Assembly: GCF_035084215.1 (NCBI RefSeq)
Contig: NC_090344.1
Span: 39,680,001-39,744,000, forward strand
DNA from: Heptranchias perlo
Lineage: Eukaryota
Reading direction: 5' to 3'
DNA length: 64,000 nt
The notes under the pieces are model-generated. The model was not told the DNA's origin, ran no database searches, and saw nothing but the letters and a program-made list of their open reading frames with translations. Both the position numbers and the translations under genes were made by a program. Within the stretch, counting starts at the first letter, position 1. Every line of letters starts with the position of its first letter. Of this stretch, positions 38,745 to 49,490 are shown in pieces.

Positions 38745-39312
38745 AGAAACATAGAAACGTAGAAACATGGAAAATAGGAGCAAGAGTAGGCCATTTGGGC
38801 CTGCTCCGCCATTCAAAATGATCATGGCTGATCGTCTAACTCAGTACCCTGTTCCCGCTTTTTCCCCATATCCCTTGATCCCTTTTGCATGAAGAAATAT
38901 ATCAATCTCCTTCTTGAATACATCTAATGGCTTGGCCTCCACTGCCTTCTGTGGTAGACAATTCCACAGGTTCACCATCCTCTGAGTGAAGAAATTTCTC
39001 CTCATCTCGGTTCTAAATGGCATACCCCGTATCCTGAGACTGTGACCCCTGGTTCTGGACTCCCCAGCCATCGGGAATATCCTCCCTGCATCTAGTCTGT
39101 CTAGTCCTGTTAGAATTTTATATGTTTCGATGAGATCACCTCTCATTCTTCTAAACTCTAGTGAATATCGGCCTAGTCGACCCAATCTCTCCTCATACGT
39201 CAGTCCTGCCATCCCAGGAATCAGTCTGGTAAACCTTCGTTGCACTCCCTCCATGGCAAGGACATCCTTCCTCAGATAAGGAGACCAAAACTGAACACAA
39301 TACTCCAGATGT
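38745..39312 (-). mobile_element. CR1 3' fragment with an uninterrupted ORF2 C-terminus
   Basis: ORF 38841..39347 HLEYCVQFWSPYLRKD...GIKGYGEKAGTGY*. The tail reads tagaaacatagaaac on the + strand. Confidence 0.93.
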
Positions 39313-39394
39313 GAAAGCCACGTCCAAATGTTTAGATGAAATGTCAAATGTAAGTTGCCTTTGATGGAGGCTATGACGAAATAAGAACAAAGGA

Positions 39395-39785
39395 AGAAAG
39401 TTAAGAGGAGATCTTACTGAGGTGTTCAAAATTATGAAGGGTTTTGATGAGGTATATTGGAAAAAAACTCTTCCCATTGGTCAGTGAGTCTGTCACTAAA
39501 GAACATAAATTTAAGATCCTCACCAAAAGGATGAAGGGAGAGGTCAGGAGAATTTTTTTTTTACACAGAGGGTTGTCAGGACATGAATGACCTACCAGAA
39601 ACAGTGGTGCAAGCAGAATCCATAACAGCTTTTAAATAGGAAGTGGATAAATATTTGAAAAAGAAAAATTTAAAAGGGAATGGGGAAAGGGCAGGGGAAC
39701 GGGACTAAGTGGTGAGCTCTTCCAGAAAGCCAGCATGGCCGTGATGGGCCGAATGGCTTCCTTCCGTGCTGCAAAATTCTATGAG
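39395..39785 (+). mobile_element. Older CR1 3' fragment
   Basis: aagttaagaggagatcttactgaggtgttcaaaattatgaaggg...gatgggccgaatggcttccttccgtgctg. Confidence 0.8.
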
Positions 39786-40610
39786 TCTGGGATGATAATG
39801 CAACCTCTCTATAGCAGGCCTACGACAGAGCAGCTCTCCCTCAGTACTGCACTGAAGTGCCAACCTGCATCATGTGCTCAAGTCCCTCATGTGAGGCTCG
39901 AACCCACAATCTTCTGACTCAGACGTGGGAGTGCTACCCACTGAGCCAAGGCTGATACCTGATAGCTCAGAAACTGCCATGAATTTAAGCCATGGCATAT
40001 ATAAGGGGCTACAAACGTTGAAGACACAGTTTATTTTCTTGGGGTGGGGGCAGGCGGTTGGGGAGAGGCAGTCTAGCAATTAATTTGGTGCATTTTACAT
40101 CATTTTCCGGCAAGCATGGAGAGTAATTTGTTCTTTAATCTATTGCTTAATTTTTATTGAAAACTACCCCCTGCCATTTAGGAATAAATTATTTTTTGAT
40201 TATATTTTAAGGCTACTTTCTCCCAGTTGCAGCCGATAATTTATTGCTGACAAAAAAAAAGTTTAATTAATTTTGTGTTTTTTGTAAAAAGTGCCTCATA
40301 GCAAATAAAGGATTTGAACCCAGTTGATTAATGATGGGATCATTTCAGTCAGGGCTGTCGGCAACAAATTTAGAATTATGCACACTCCTTCCAAATGTTG
40401 CATTCTGGTTAATTTTAAATAGTCTTTCGACTTCATAATTGATTATTACAAGAACATTTGTGACATTTAGGATTTCAACAAACCCAACAATCATTTCTCC
40501 AAAAGCAACACCAACCCACACTCTTTCACATTCACAGAGGCACTGTCCTCCTCCATCTCCCACCCAATTCACAGACTCTCTTCTTGTCACCTCAAGTCAC
40601 AATGCCACTC

Positions 40611-42272
40611 TCATAGAATCGTTACAGCACAGAAGGAGGCCATTCGGCCCATCGAGCCCGTGCCAGCTTTCTGCAAGAGCAATCCAGCTTGTCCCACTCC
40701 CCCGCCCTTTTCCCTTAGCCCTGCAAATTTTTTGCCTTCAAGTGCTTATACACTTCCCTTTTGAAAGCCGTGATTGAATCTGCCTCCGCCAGTCTTTCAG
40801 GCAGTGCATTCCAGACCATAACCACTCGCTGCGTGAAAAAGTTTTTCCTCATGTCACCTTTGGTTCTTTTGCCAGTCACCTTAAATCTGTGTTGTCTGGT
40901 TCTTGACCCTTCCGCCAATGGGAACAGTTTCTCTCTATCTACTCTGTCTATACCCCACATGATTTTGAGCACATCCATCAAATCTCCTCTCAACCTTCTC
41001 TGCCCTAAAGAGAACAACCCCAGATTCTCCAGTCTATCCATGTAACTGAAGTCCCTCATCCCTGGAACCATTCTAGTAAATCTTTTCTGCACCCTCTTTA
41101 ATTGGACACAATACTCCAGTTGTGGCTGAACCAGTGTTTTAGAAAGGTTCATCATAACTTCCTTGCTTTTGTACTCTTTGCCTCTATTTATAAAGCCCAG
41201 GATCCTGTATGCTTTTTTAACCACTTTCTCAACCTGCCCTGCCACCTTCAAAGACCTGTGCACATATACCCCCAGATCTCTCTTTTCCTGCACCCTCTTT
41301 AGAATTGTACCCTTCAGTTTATATTGCCTCTCCTCGTTCTTCCTACTAAAAATTATCACCTCGCACGTCTCTGCGTTAAATTTTATCTGCCATGTGTCTG
41401 CCCATTCCACCAGCCTGTTTATGTCCTCTTGAAGTCTATCACTATCCTCCTCACTGTTTACTAGACTTCCAAGTTTTGTGTCATCTGCAAATTTTGAAAT
41501 TGTGCCCTGTCCACCCAAGTCCAAGTCATTAATATATACCAAGAAAAGCAGTGGTCCTGGTACCGATCCCTTGGGAACACCACTGTATACCTTCTTCCAG
41601 TCCGATAAACAACCCTTCACCGCTACTCTCTATTTCCTGTCACTTTGCCAATTTCGTATCCATGCTGCCACTACCCCTTTTATTCCATTGGCTACAACTT
41701 TGCTGACAAGCCTATTATGTAGCACTTTATCAAACGCCTTTTGGAAGTCCATATTCACAACATCAACCGCATTGCCCTCATCAACCCTCTCTGTTACCTC
41801 ATCAAAAAACTAGATCAAGTTAGTTGAACATGATTTGCCTTTAATAAATCTGTGCTGGCTTTCCTTAATTATTCCACACTTGTCCAAGTGACTGTTAATT
41901 TTGTCCCGGATTAACGATTCTAAAAGCTTCCCCACCACCGAGGTTAAACTGACTGGCCTATAGTTGCTGGACTTTTTTGAACAAGGGTGTAACATTTGTA
42001 ATTCTCCAGTCCTCTGGCACCACCCCCATATCTAAGGAGGATTGGAAGATTATGGCCAGCACCTCTGCAATTTCCATCCTTACTTCCCTCAGCAACCAAG
42101 GATGCATCCCATCTGGACCTGGTGACTTGTCTACTTGAAGTACAGCCAGCCTTTCTAGTACCTCCTCTTCATCAATTTTTAGCCCATCCAGTATCTCAAC
42201 TACCTCCTCTTTTACTGTGACTTTGGCAGTATCTTTTTCCTTGGTAAAGACAGATGCAAAGTACTCATTTGG
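40611..42272 (-). mobile_element. 5'-truncated CR1 LINE (RT domain)
   Basis: ORFs 41958..42401 (NEYFASVFTKE, KSPGPDGMHP), 41810..41995 (NYRPVSLTSVVGK) and 40715..41620 (GVPKGSVPGPLLFLVYINDL, KFADDTKL, WNALP). Confidence 0.95.
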
Positions 42273-42554
42273 TACCCCAGCCGTACCAGTACCTTTTCCT
42301 TTAACTTCCTCCCCAAGTTCACAAAGACCATCTTCCCCCTCCAATATCCACCGCCGCACCACCCCCCCCACCCAGTTTATAGTTGCACTGTACCCCCTCA
42401 CACAGGGGCACTGTCTCCCTCTCCACCCTGGATCACAGAGGTTACATAAAATTAATAGAAATTACAACAACGAAATGGGCCATTATTTTGGGAAGTGCAC
42501 CTTCCCAGAGGGCGGGAAATTTGATTCCAGTGTCTTCTGGCTATTCCACATACG

Positions 42555-42961
42555 TAAACAATCTTACAACACCAGGTTATAGTCCAACAATTTTATTTGA
42601 AAATCACAAGCTTTCGGAGGCTTCCTCCTTCGTCAGGTGAATGTCAGGAAATCCTTGAACGTTTCGCATTTATAGTCAGAGAACAATACCTGGTGATTAC
42701 AGATAATCTTTCCAACTGCCCGTTGTCAAGGCAATCAAAGTGTTCAGACAGAGAGGTGTTACCTACAGGACCACCGAATATACAAACGGCCAGAACACAA
42801 AACAGAGAGAGAGAGGGAGAAACATCCAAAAGGAAGAGAAAGACAGACCTGTTGAATTAAAGACAGATAACTTTTATTCGCTGGTGGGGTTACGTGTAGC
42901 GTGACATGAACCCAAGATCCCGGTTGAGGCCGTCCTCATGGGTGCGGAACTTGGCTATCAA
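42555..42961 (-). mobile_element. Penelope-like element 3' end (ORF C-terminus plus terminal repeat with hammerhead core)
   Basis: The minus strand begins TTG ATA GCC AAG TTC CGC ACC CAT GAG GAC GGC CTC AAC CGG GAT CTT GGG TTC (LIAKFRTHEDGLNRDLGFMSRYT*), like the end of a Penelope GIY-YIG domain. 13-bp TSD TATTCCACATACG at 42542-42554 and 42962-42974. Confidence 0.85.
42600..42640 (-). ncRNA. Minimal hammerhead ribozyme motif (Penelope-associated)
   Basis: Minus strand CACCTGACGA-A-GGAGG-AAG-CCTCC-GAAA-GCTT: a CUGANGA box, a 5-bp stem II and a GAAA box. Confidence 0.65.
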
Positions 42962-43335
42962 TATTCCACATACGATCACTGGTATTCACAGATGGGGAGA
43001 AAGAGGCTGGGAGAAAGAGAGAGGGGGTTGGGGGACTGGAGATCTAAGAGAGGGGAATGTGTCTCTGGGAGTCTAAAAGGGCAATGCGAATCTGAGCGGG
43101 GAACAGGAGCCTGAGAGAGGTGAGCAGGACTCTGGGAGCCTATGAATGATGACCAGCACTGGAAATTCCAGATTAAAAGGAAAGAAAGACTAAGGAACGT
43201 CGATGAGTGAAAATACCATCCACGAAATGACCTTCCTACTTTCAACCCCCAAAACCGTGATCTTAATTTCCTATACACTATAAAGTGTAATTCTGTTGGC
43301 TGGTTGTGGAATTCATGACTTGAGCCAGTCTTTTC

Positions 43336-43340
<5 letters not shown>

Positions 43341-43366
<26 letters not shown>

Positions 43367-43413
43367 GGCCCCCACGCTCACACACCCCTCCCCCCAACAC
43401 ACACACACACACA
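43341..43413. repeat. Interrupted (AC)n microsatellite
   Basis: Two (ac)n runs separated by a short C-rich spacer. Confidence 0.9.
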
Positions 43414-44504
43414 TCCCTGACATTGAAGAATTACAATGCAAGTCAAGTGGAAATTGTGCCTCTTTCCTGCAATTAATATTTAATCCCTGGTTTGAGTGGC
43501 AGTTTGTAAAGTGCATGTTTTAAGACCATGTCAGGTGATATTATTGCTGACAGAATCTGTTGTTGAGCTATATGCGCCCATTACACTATTAGTCTAGGTA
43601 CTTGGTCTGCTAAATCTTAAGTGCTTTTATACTAAGTAATGAATTTGGTAAACTTCACATCTCATTCGAGTTAACACCATCTTGCAAATGTTACCCTTTA
43701 GTTACTGAAATAGAATGCATGAATTTCTAATCTTTTCTAAAAATTAAATCCTGTTGCTTTTCACTTGGGATTATAAATGGATTTCCTCGGAATCTGCCAG
43801 CTGTTGGTGAATGTGCTTATCCCTGGCTTGTGCCACCTAGTCTCAAGTCACGGTGTGCTGGGAGAATTTCCCATGGCGAGGACAGGCTGAGTGAGCTAGC
43901 TTGGGTTGAATTTCACCTTCGGTTGCTGGAACTCTTGCTCAAGGCTACATTATTTGATAGGTAAAAATGATTGAATTGAACAAAGTGCTGGTAATGGGTT
44001 TCAAGCATCATTAAAAATAGTAATTTTCAAATTCCTGTTCGAAAGAGTATTTATTTTTATTAAAAGTTCTGAGTTGTGTTTGGAACGTAAGCACTTAAAA
44101 CATTGATTTGCTGTCCAGTGTATTTGGTGGACGTGGGTGAGGAAAGGATCAGGTTTGACTTTGATGCTCCTCTATGGACAAATAACCTACTGATGCTCGC
44201 TGTCGAGGCCCACATAGATGAGAGATATTGGACAGCTGCCTCGGGCTATCGAACTGCTTCCCAGCAACATTTAGAAAGAAAGAAAGAGAAAAGCTTGCAT
44301 TTATGTAGCACCTTTCACGACCTCAGGACATCCCAAAGCACCTTGCAGCCAATGAAGTGCAATTCGGGCCATCAGGAGAGGAGGGGAGAAAATGGGGAAT
44401 TGAAACAAAATGTTGCAGCATGGAGTGTAAGGGTTTGTGTTTGAAGAACAGTTAATCAAGACCTGACTTTCTGTGCATAATGCATAACAGTCTCAAACTG
44501 CATC

Positions 44505-44907
44505 GGGTACGGTAGTGTAGTAGTTATGTTACTGGACTAATAATTCAGAGAACGTGAGTTCAAATCCTACCATGGTAGTTTGAGAATTTGAAGCCGGTTT
44601 GAAAAAAATCTGTGAATAAAAAAACTAGTTTTAGTAAATAAAAACGACCATGAAGCTGTTGGATTGTCAGAAAAACCCAACTGGTTCACTCATGTCCTTT
44701 AGGGAAGGAAACCTGCCGTCCTTACCCGGTCTGGCCTATATGTGACTCCAGTCCCACACCAACGTGGTTGACTCTTGACTGCCCTCTGAAGTGGTCTAGC
44801 AAGCCACTCAGTTGTATCAAGAAGAAAGCCCACCATCCTCTTCGGGCATCTAGGGATGGACAATAAATGCCAGTGACGCCCACATCCCGAGAATGAATTT
44901 AAAAAAA
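44505..44907 (+). mobile_element. Near full-length tRNA-derived SINE (family C)
   Basis: Head ggtagtgtagtagtt (A-box-like) and gagttcaaatcc (B-box-like). The 3' end cccaccatcctcttcgggcatctagggatggacaataaatgccagtgacgcccacatcccgagaatgaatttaaaaaaa matches the LINE tails at 18290, 23522 and 52635. Confidence 0.8.
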
Positions 44908-45506
44908 TGTGTTTCATCCTATGAATGGTTGTTCTCCACTGCAATAAAAACAGCCAAATACAGGCCCACCGCAGTAGGCAGGCCAAGTGGTAGACAATAA
45001 AGGGACACTGAATGCTGGTTAAACTAACAGCGTCTCAAAAGGAATCTCAGAAGTTGCTGTTTGATCTTGCAACTCGTGGCCGTACTGCATCACAAATTGA
45101 ACAATATTCAGCTGATACAAAAAGAAGAAATTGCTGGAAATACACAGCAGATCCTCCAATATCAGAAAAGGCAGGTTAATGTTCTGGGTCAGAACCATTG
45201 AGTCAGGACTGTGCCAATGTGAATTGGAGGGAGAGGAACGAAGGGTGCCAACTTGAACTGGGGGCAGAGGGAGAAGAGTATCTGCTTCAATGGTGGATTG
45301 GAGGTGGAGTGCCTCTGTGAAGTGGGATGGGGAGAGTATCTCTTCATTAAGACCACAGTCAGAGTACTGTGTCAGAACAACACTCGAACCTCAACCTCTT
45401 TCAGGTGCTGATTAACCTGAAGGTACAATTTCCACAGGGGCTGTCCTGCACGAATGGCCATTTACGCTGTTTCTCCAGGGTTTCTGCCGTTCTTCTGCCG
45501 AAGTTA

Positions 45507-46073
45507 CCTGGTTAGACCGTACCTGGAGTACTGTGAGCAGTTCTGGGCACCGCACCTTCGGAAGGACATATTGGCCTTGGAGGGAGTGCAGCGTAGGTTG
45601 ACTAGAATGATACCCGTACTTCAAGGATTAAGTTACGAGGAGAGATTACACAAATTGGGGTTGTATTCTCTGGAGTTTAGAAGGTTGAGGGGTGATCTGA
45701 TCGAAGTTTATAAGATATTAAGGGGAATGGATAGGGTGGATAGAGAGAAAATATTTCCGCTGGTTGGGGATTCTAGGAGTAGAGGGCACAGTCTAAAAAT
45801 TAGAGCCAGACCTTTCAGGAGTGAGATTAGAAAACATTTCTACACACAAAGGGTGGTAGAAGTTTGGAACTCTCTTCCGCAAACGGCAATTGATACTAGC
45901 TCAATTGCTAAATTTAAATGTGAGATAGATAGCTTTTTGGCAACCAAAGGTATTAAGGGATATGGGCCAAAGGCAGGTATATGGAGCTAGATCACAGATC
46001 AGCCATGATCTTATCAAATGGCGGAGCAGGCACGAGGGGCTGAATGGCCTACTCCTGTTCCTATGTTCCTATG
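45507..46073 (+). mobile_element. CR1 3' fragment with an uninterrupted ORF2 C-terminus
   Basis: LVRPYLEYCEQFWAPHLRKD...WNSLPQ...GIKGYGPKAGIWS*. Tail cctatgttcctatgt. Confidence 0.93.
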
Positions 46074-46946
46074 TTACGGCGGGAGATTGGGAGAACCCCC
46101 ATGGAAATTCCAGGTGCTGGTGTATGTCTCCTGACTTGATGGTGTTTCTTCTTAGCTCTTGTTAGTTTCGAAATTAAGTACCTTGGAATTTGTAGGGAGG
46201 CTTTGTTTTAAGTCCGTTTCCCCCACCTGGTGACGGACAGGCCTCGCCATTTAGTTAATGCATAATGATCTTAATTGAATTCATTCCGTAAGTTGTGTTC
46301 ATGAATATCTAGTTTCCTCTCAAAATTGCCCTCATTGATGACTCAGCTTCTGACCCTTTTCTCTTTCTCCCGGTCCTCCAGATCTCTGTCCTCTCCCCCA
46401 TTCTGCCCCTTCTTTATGCCAATGACCTCCTCTACTCATCATCCAACCCTATCTATTAAAAGTGGGGAAAATAGTGAGCAGCGCCTACCCGAACTTCTGA
46501 TAGATGCTGCTCCTTGCTCCTTGCAACACAAACTTGTAAAATTACCCCTCTAATCTGCCACTCTGACTCATACTTTCCCAGGATTTCAAAACTGCGGAAC
46601 TCATTAGCCCTCTAGTCTTTCCCTCCTCCGACAATCTTCTGCCTCGTGCCACCTCATCTCTACTTATTGATCACGCCTTCCATGGTTTTTGGAAATGGGT
46701 TGTTAAAATTCAACTAAAAAGACAAGACATTCCTACAGCTTGTTGATGAAGGTCTGTTTTTCATTACATTGGGAGAATAACAGACAAACAGGCAGGGACA
46801 GCTCAGCAGGAGACCCTTCAGGCTCTTACTAAATATAAACTCTGGTGGCATCCAGCACTAATCTCTTTTCCACTCTCTTCCCAAGACTGGTGTCAAGTTG
46901 AAAATGAACTGCACAAACCCACATTAAATACCCAATGGGTACTTAG

Positions 46947-47132
46947 TGATCTCCCAGGTACAGCCGTACAGGCTAAACTTCGTCTGCGTGATTGCAGGCT
47001 GTTTTACCAGTGAAAAGTAAACTTTCCAACTCGTGCACACTGAGTACAAGCGACGTTTCTTTGAATTCCATGTGACTTCTGGATTTGGACTACCTACCGC
47101 CATATGCCATTTCTTCAGCTGATCACATGAAC
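46947..47132 (-). pseudogene. DUSP26: DUSP26-like first coding exon (disabled)
   Basis: Acceptor ttttgacag| precedes 47132 and ATG is at 47110-47108. The frame reads MAYGGR*SKSRSHMEFKETSLVLSVHELESLLFTGKTACNHADEV*PVRLYLGD. TAG occurs at 47092-47090 and at 46975-46973 (the W of HADEVWP). The exon ends CA|CTAAGT where GTAAGT is expected. Confidence 0.88.
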
Positions 47133-47529
47133 CTGTCAAAAATAGTGCAGTGACTACACTCTTTCCTTGCATGTGAACTTTTGAACCTTTGAACTTTTAA
47201 GGACTGCATAAAGCTATTTTGTAGGAATTTGTTTTTAACTGGGACTACAGTATTTGGCTTTATTCAGAAAATAAATGTCATTGGTTTCATACATTTCTTC
47301 ACATTTAATACGAAACACCAAGAAATAGAAATGTTATTTTAAAAGTTAAGAACATTCAGTGTTCAGTAATACTGAAACAGAAATGTTATATTAATGTATA
47401 AAAACTTGCACTGTATGTATTAGCTTAAACGTATGTGGTTATATCATGCTACATATGAATTATCAATGAACTACAACCGTCATAATACAATAACTAAAAC
47501 AGATTTACAGAATGAAAAACTTTTACTTC

Positions 47530-47975
47530 TGCAGCACCCTTAAAGCAGCATAAGGCCCCAAGGCACTTTACAAAAGGGGAAGGGGGAATAATGGACACAG
47601 AGCAGGAGATGGGAATGGAGTTAGAGGAAGTGACTGAAGGAGTGATGAAGGGGTAGGCTTTAAGAAGGCTGTTGAAGGTGGGGAGGGAAGAGGCAAGGTG
47701 GAGGGTGAATTAAGTGGCTGCTAGAGTGCAGGGCCACGATAACTGAAGACTGGAGCAGGAAAAGGGCTCATCAAATCGAGTCTAAAGGGCGGAGGCTGCT
47801 AGCTGGGAAGCAGGGCTGGAGGAGGTTGCAGAGGTAAGGTGGGGAGAGGGAATGAATAGGAAACTGGTGGAAAAAGTTTGAAATTAATGAGCAGTGGGGC
47901 ACGGAGAGTCAGTGGAAGTCAGGAAGGGCAGGGGTGATTGGTGAACGGGATTTAGTACGAATAAGAAGTGGGTGG
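47530..47975 (-). mobile_element. Old L2 3' fragment
   Basis: Similar to 9600-10100 (cccaaggcactttaca, gggctggaggaggttgcagag, ggggtgattggtgaacggga). Confidence 0.65.
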
Positions 47976-48039
47976 CAAAGTGTGCAACCCATATTTAAAT
48001 CATCTAAGAGGGAGCACGTTTGTAATTTTGTTTGTCGAA

Positions 48040-48440
48040 TGTCTGTGCTGGCTCTTTGAAAGAGCTATCCAATTAGTCCCACTCCCCTTTCTCTTTCCTG
48101 ATAGCCCTGCAAATTTTTCCACTTCAAGTATCTATCCAAATCCCTTTTGCAAGTATTTATCCAAATCCCTTTTGAAAGTATTTATTGAATCTGCTTCCAC
48201 CGCTCTTTCAGAGGCAGTGCATTCCAGATCATAACAATTCACTGCATAAAAATTATTTTCCTCAAGTCGCCTCTGGCTCTTTTGCCAATCACCTGAAATC
48301 TGTGTCCTCTGGTTACCAGCCCTTCTGCCACTGGAAACAGTATCTCCTTATTTACTCTATCAAAACCTTTCATGATTTTGAACACCTCTATCAAATCTCC
48401 CCTTAACCTTCTCTGCTCTAAGGAGAACAACCCCAAATTC
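48040..48440 (-). mobile_element. CR1 3' fragment
   Basis: LGLFSLEQRRLRGDLIEVFKIMKGFDRVNKEILFPVAEGLVTRGHRF. Confidence 0.88.
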
Positions 48441-49203
48441 TTACCATGTATAAGATAAAGGCATGCAGGCTTCAGACTGTTTATAGGCCTTGCTCTCTTG
48501 CATAAGTGTTGATATTCATTAAAGAATTGGAATATACATGTGATTAACAGCATGCTGACAATTAGATAGACTGCTTAGCTGCAATTGTTACAGATACCAA
48601 CTCAAAGCAAGCAGTTACAGTACCTCTAATTATTTTGCTCAGCTCTAGCTAGGGGCTTCAGTGTGTTACAAGGAAGCTTGCTTTTAGCTGACTTGCCAAA
48701 AAATTACTTGAGTACTATTTTAAGCATTTAAATGGCTGGAGCCAGGCTTATTTATGCTCTACATAGCCTACAGATTTTACCTCATTAACTTCTGCGGGAA
48801 GGAATTAGCTTTGTGGAAGAAAGCATTTGAGTCCCACACGTTATAAGATGATTTGTAAAATGAACGCTTTGTAATCAATTCTATGTCGATGGTCAGTTTT
48901 TTAAGAGACCCTGAAAAGGGTTTGAAAAGGAATGACTATTCGATTGGAAATGCTCCCGGAGATAAGTCAGACATAATTGTATAATCTGAAATATTCTGTA
49001 TTTCAGCTAAAAAAAAGACTACCCCTCCCCCCCCCACTTCCCCCCTCTCCCCCCACTTCCCCCCTCCCCCCCTACTTCCCCCCTCCCTCAGCTTTCTCTC
49101 CTTTGCCTCCCTCTTTTTCTTACAGCAGAGCCTCAGCCAGCAGTTCAGTTCCACGGATGTCCACAAGACTCCAAAGCATCAACCCATTCATTTATTAACC
49201 TAG

Positions 49204-49431
49204 ATGTGGAGATGCCGGTGATGGACTGGGGTTGACAATTGTAAACAATTTTACAACACCAAGTTATAGTCCAGCAATTTTATTTTAAATTCACAAGCTT
49301 TCGGAGGCTTCCCCCTTCGTCAGGTGAACGATCATTTCACATCGTTCACCTGACGAAGGGGGAAGCCTCCGAAAGCTTGTGAATTTAAAATAAAATTGCT
49401 GGACTATAACTTGGTGTTGTAAAATTGTTTA
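49204..49431. mobile_element. Palindromic Penelope-like terminal-repeat insertion
   Basis: Perfect inverted repeat 49240-49332 / 49341-49433 (93-bp arms, 8-nt spacer). 15-bp TSD CATTTATTAACCTAG at 49189-49203 and 49432-49446. Same family as 42555-42640. Confidence 0.9.
49347..49382 (+). ncRNA. Minimal hammerhead ribozyme motif (mirror copy on - strand at about 49291-49326)
   Basis: CTGACGA (49350-49356), A, GGGGG-AAG-CCTCC stem II with one G-U pair, GAAA (49371-49374), GCTT. Confidence 0.62.
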
Positions 49432-49490
49432 CATTTATTAACCTAGGTAGTGATTGATGGCTGGCAATTCCATATGGGTTCGAATGCTGT

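Larger units (their letters stand above)
23204..47132 (-). pseudogene. DUSP26: DUSP26-like atypical dual-specificity phosphatase, unprocessed pseudogene (3 coding exons, introns about 10.6 kb and 12.7 kb)
   Basis: Three collinear minus-strand segments translate to successive parts of DUSP26 as I recall it: ...LSVHELESLLFTGKTACNHADEV*PVRLYLGD / DIASDKSELVRLGITYVVKASRSKWRGGVEYYRGMDIADYGVEVHDSPAVDKNVHFNPAADFIHQALRDTG / AKLLVHCAVGISRSATMVLGHLMIQQ(frameshift)NMTLVEAIRTVKDHQGIDPDNGFLKQLL. Intron phases are compatible (2, then 1). Several disabling lesions are present. Confidence 0.9.

Noticed and set aside
44505-44575. tRNA gene
   Set aside because: Only A/B-box-like motifs are present; it continues into a SINE body and does not form a full cloverleaf.
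49090-49452. Plus-strand exon (pyrimidine tract, ttacag acceptor, ctag|gtagtg donor)
   Set aside because: The donor is weak, the segment is interrupted by the Penelope palindrome, and there is no recognisable peptide or partner exon.
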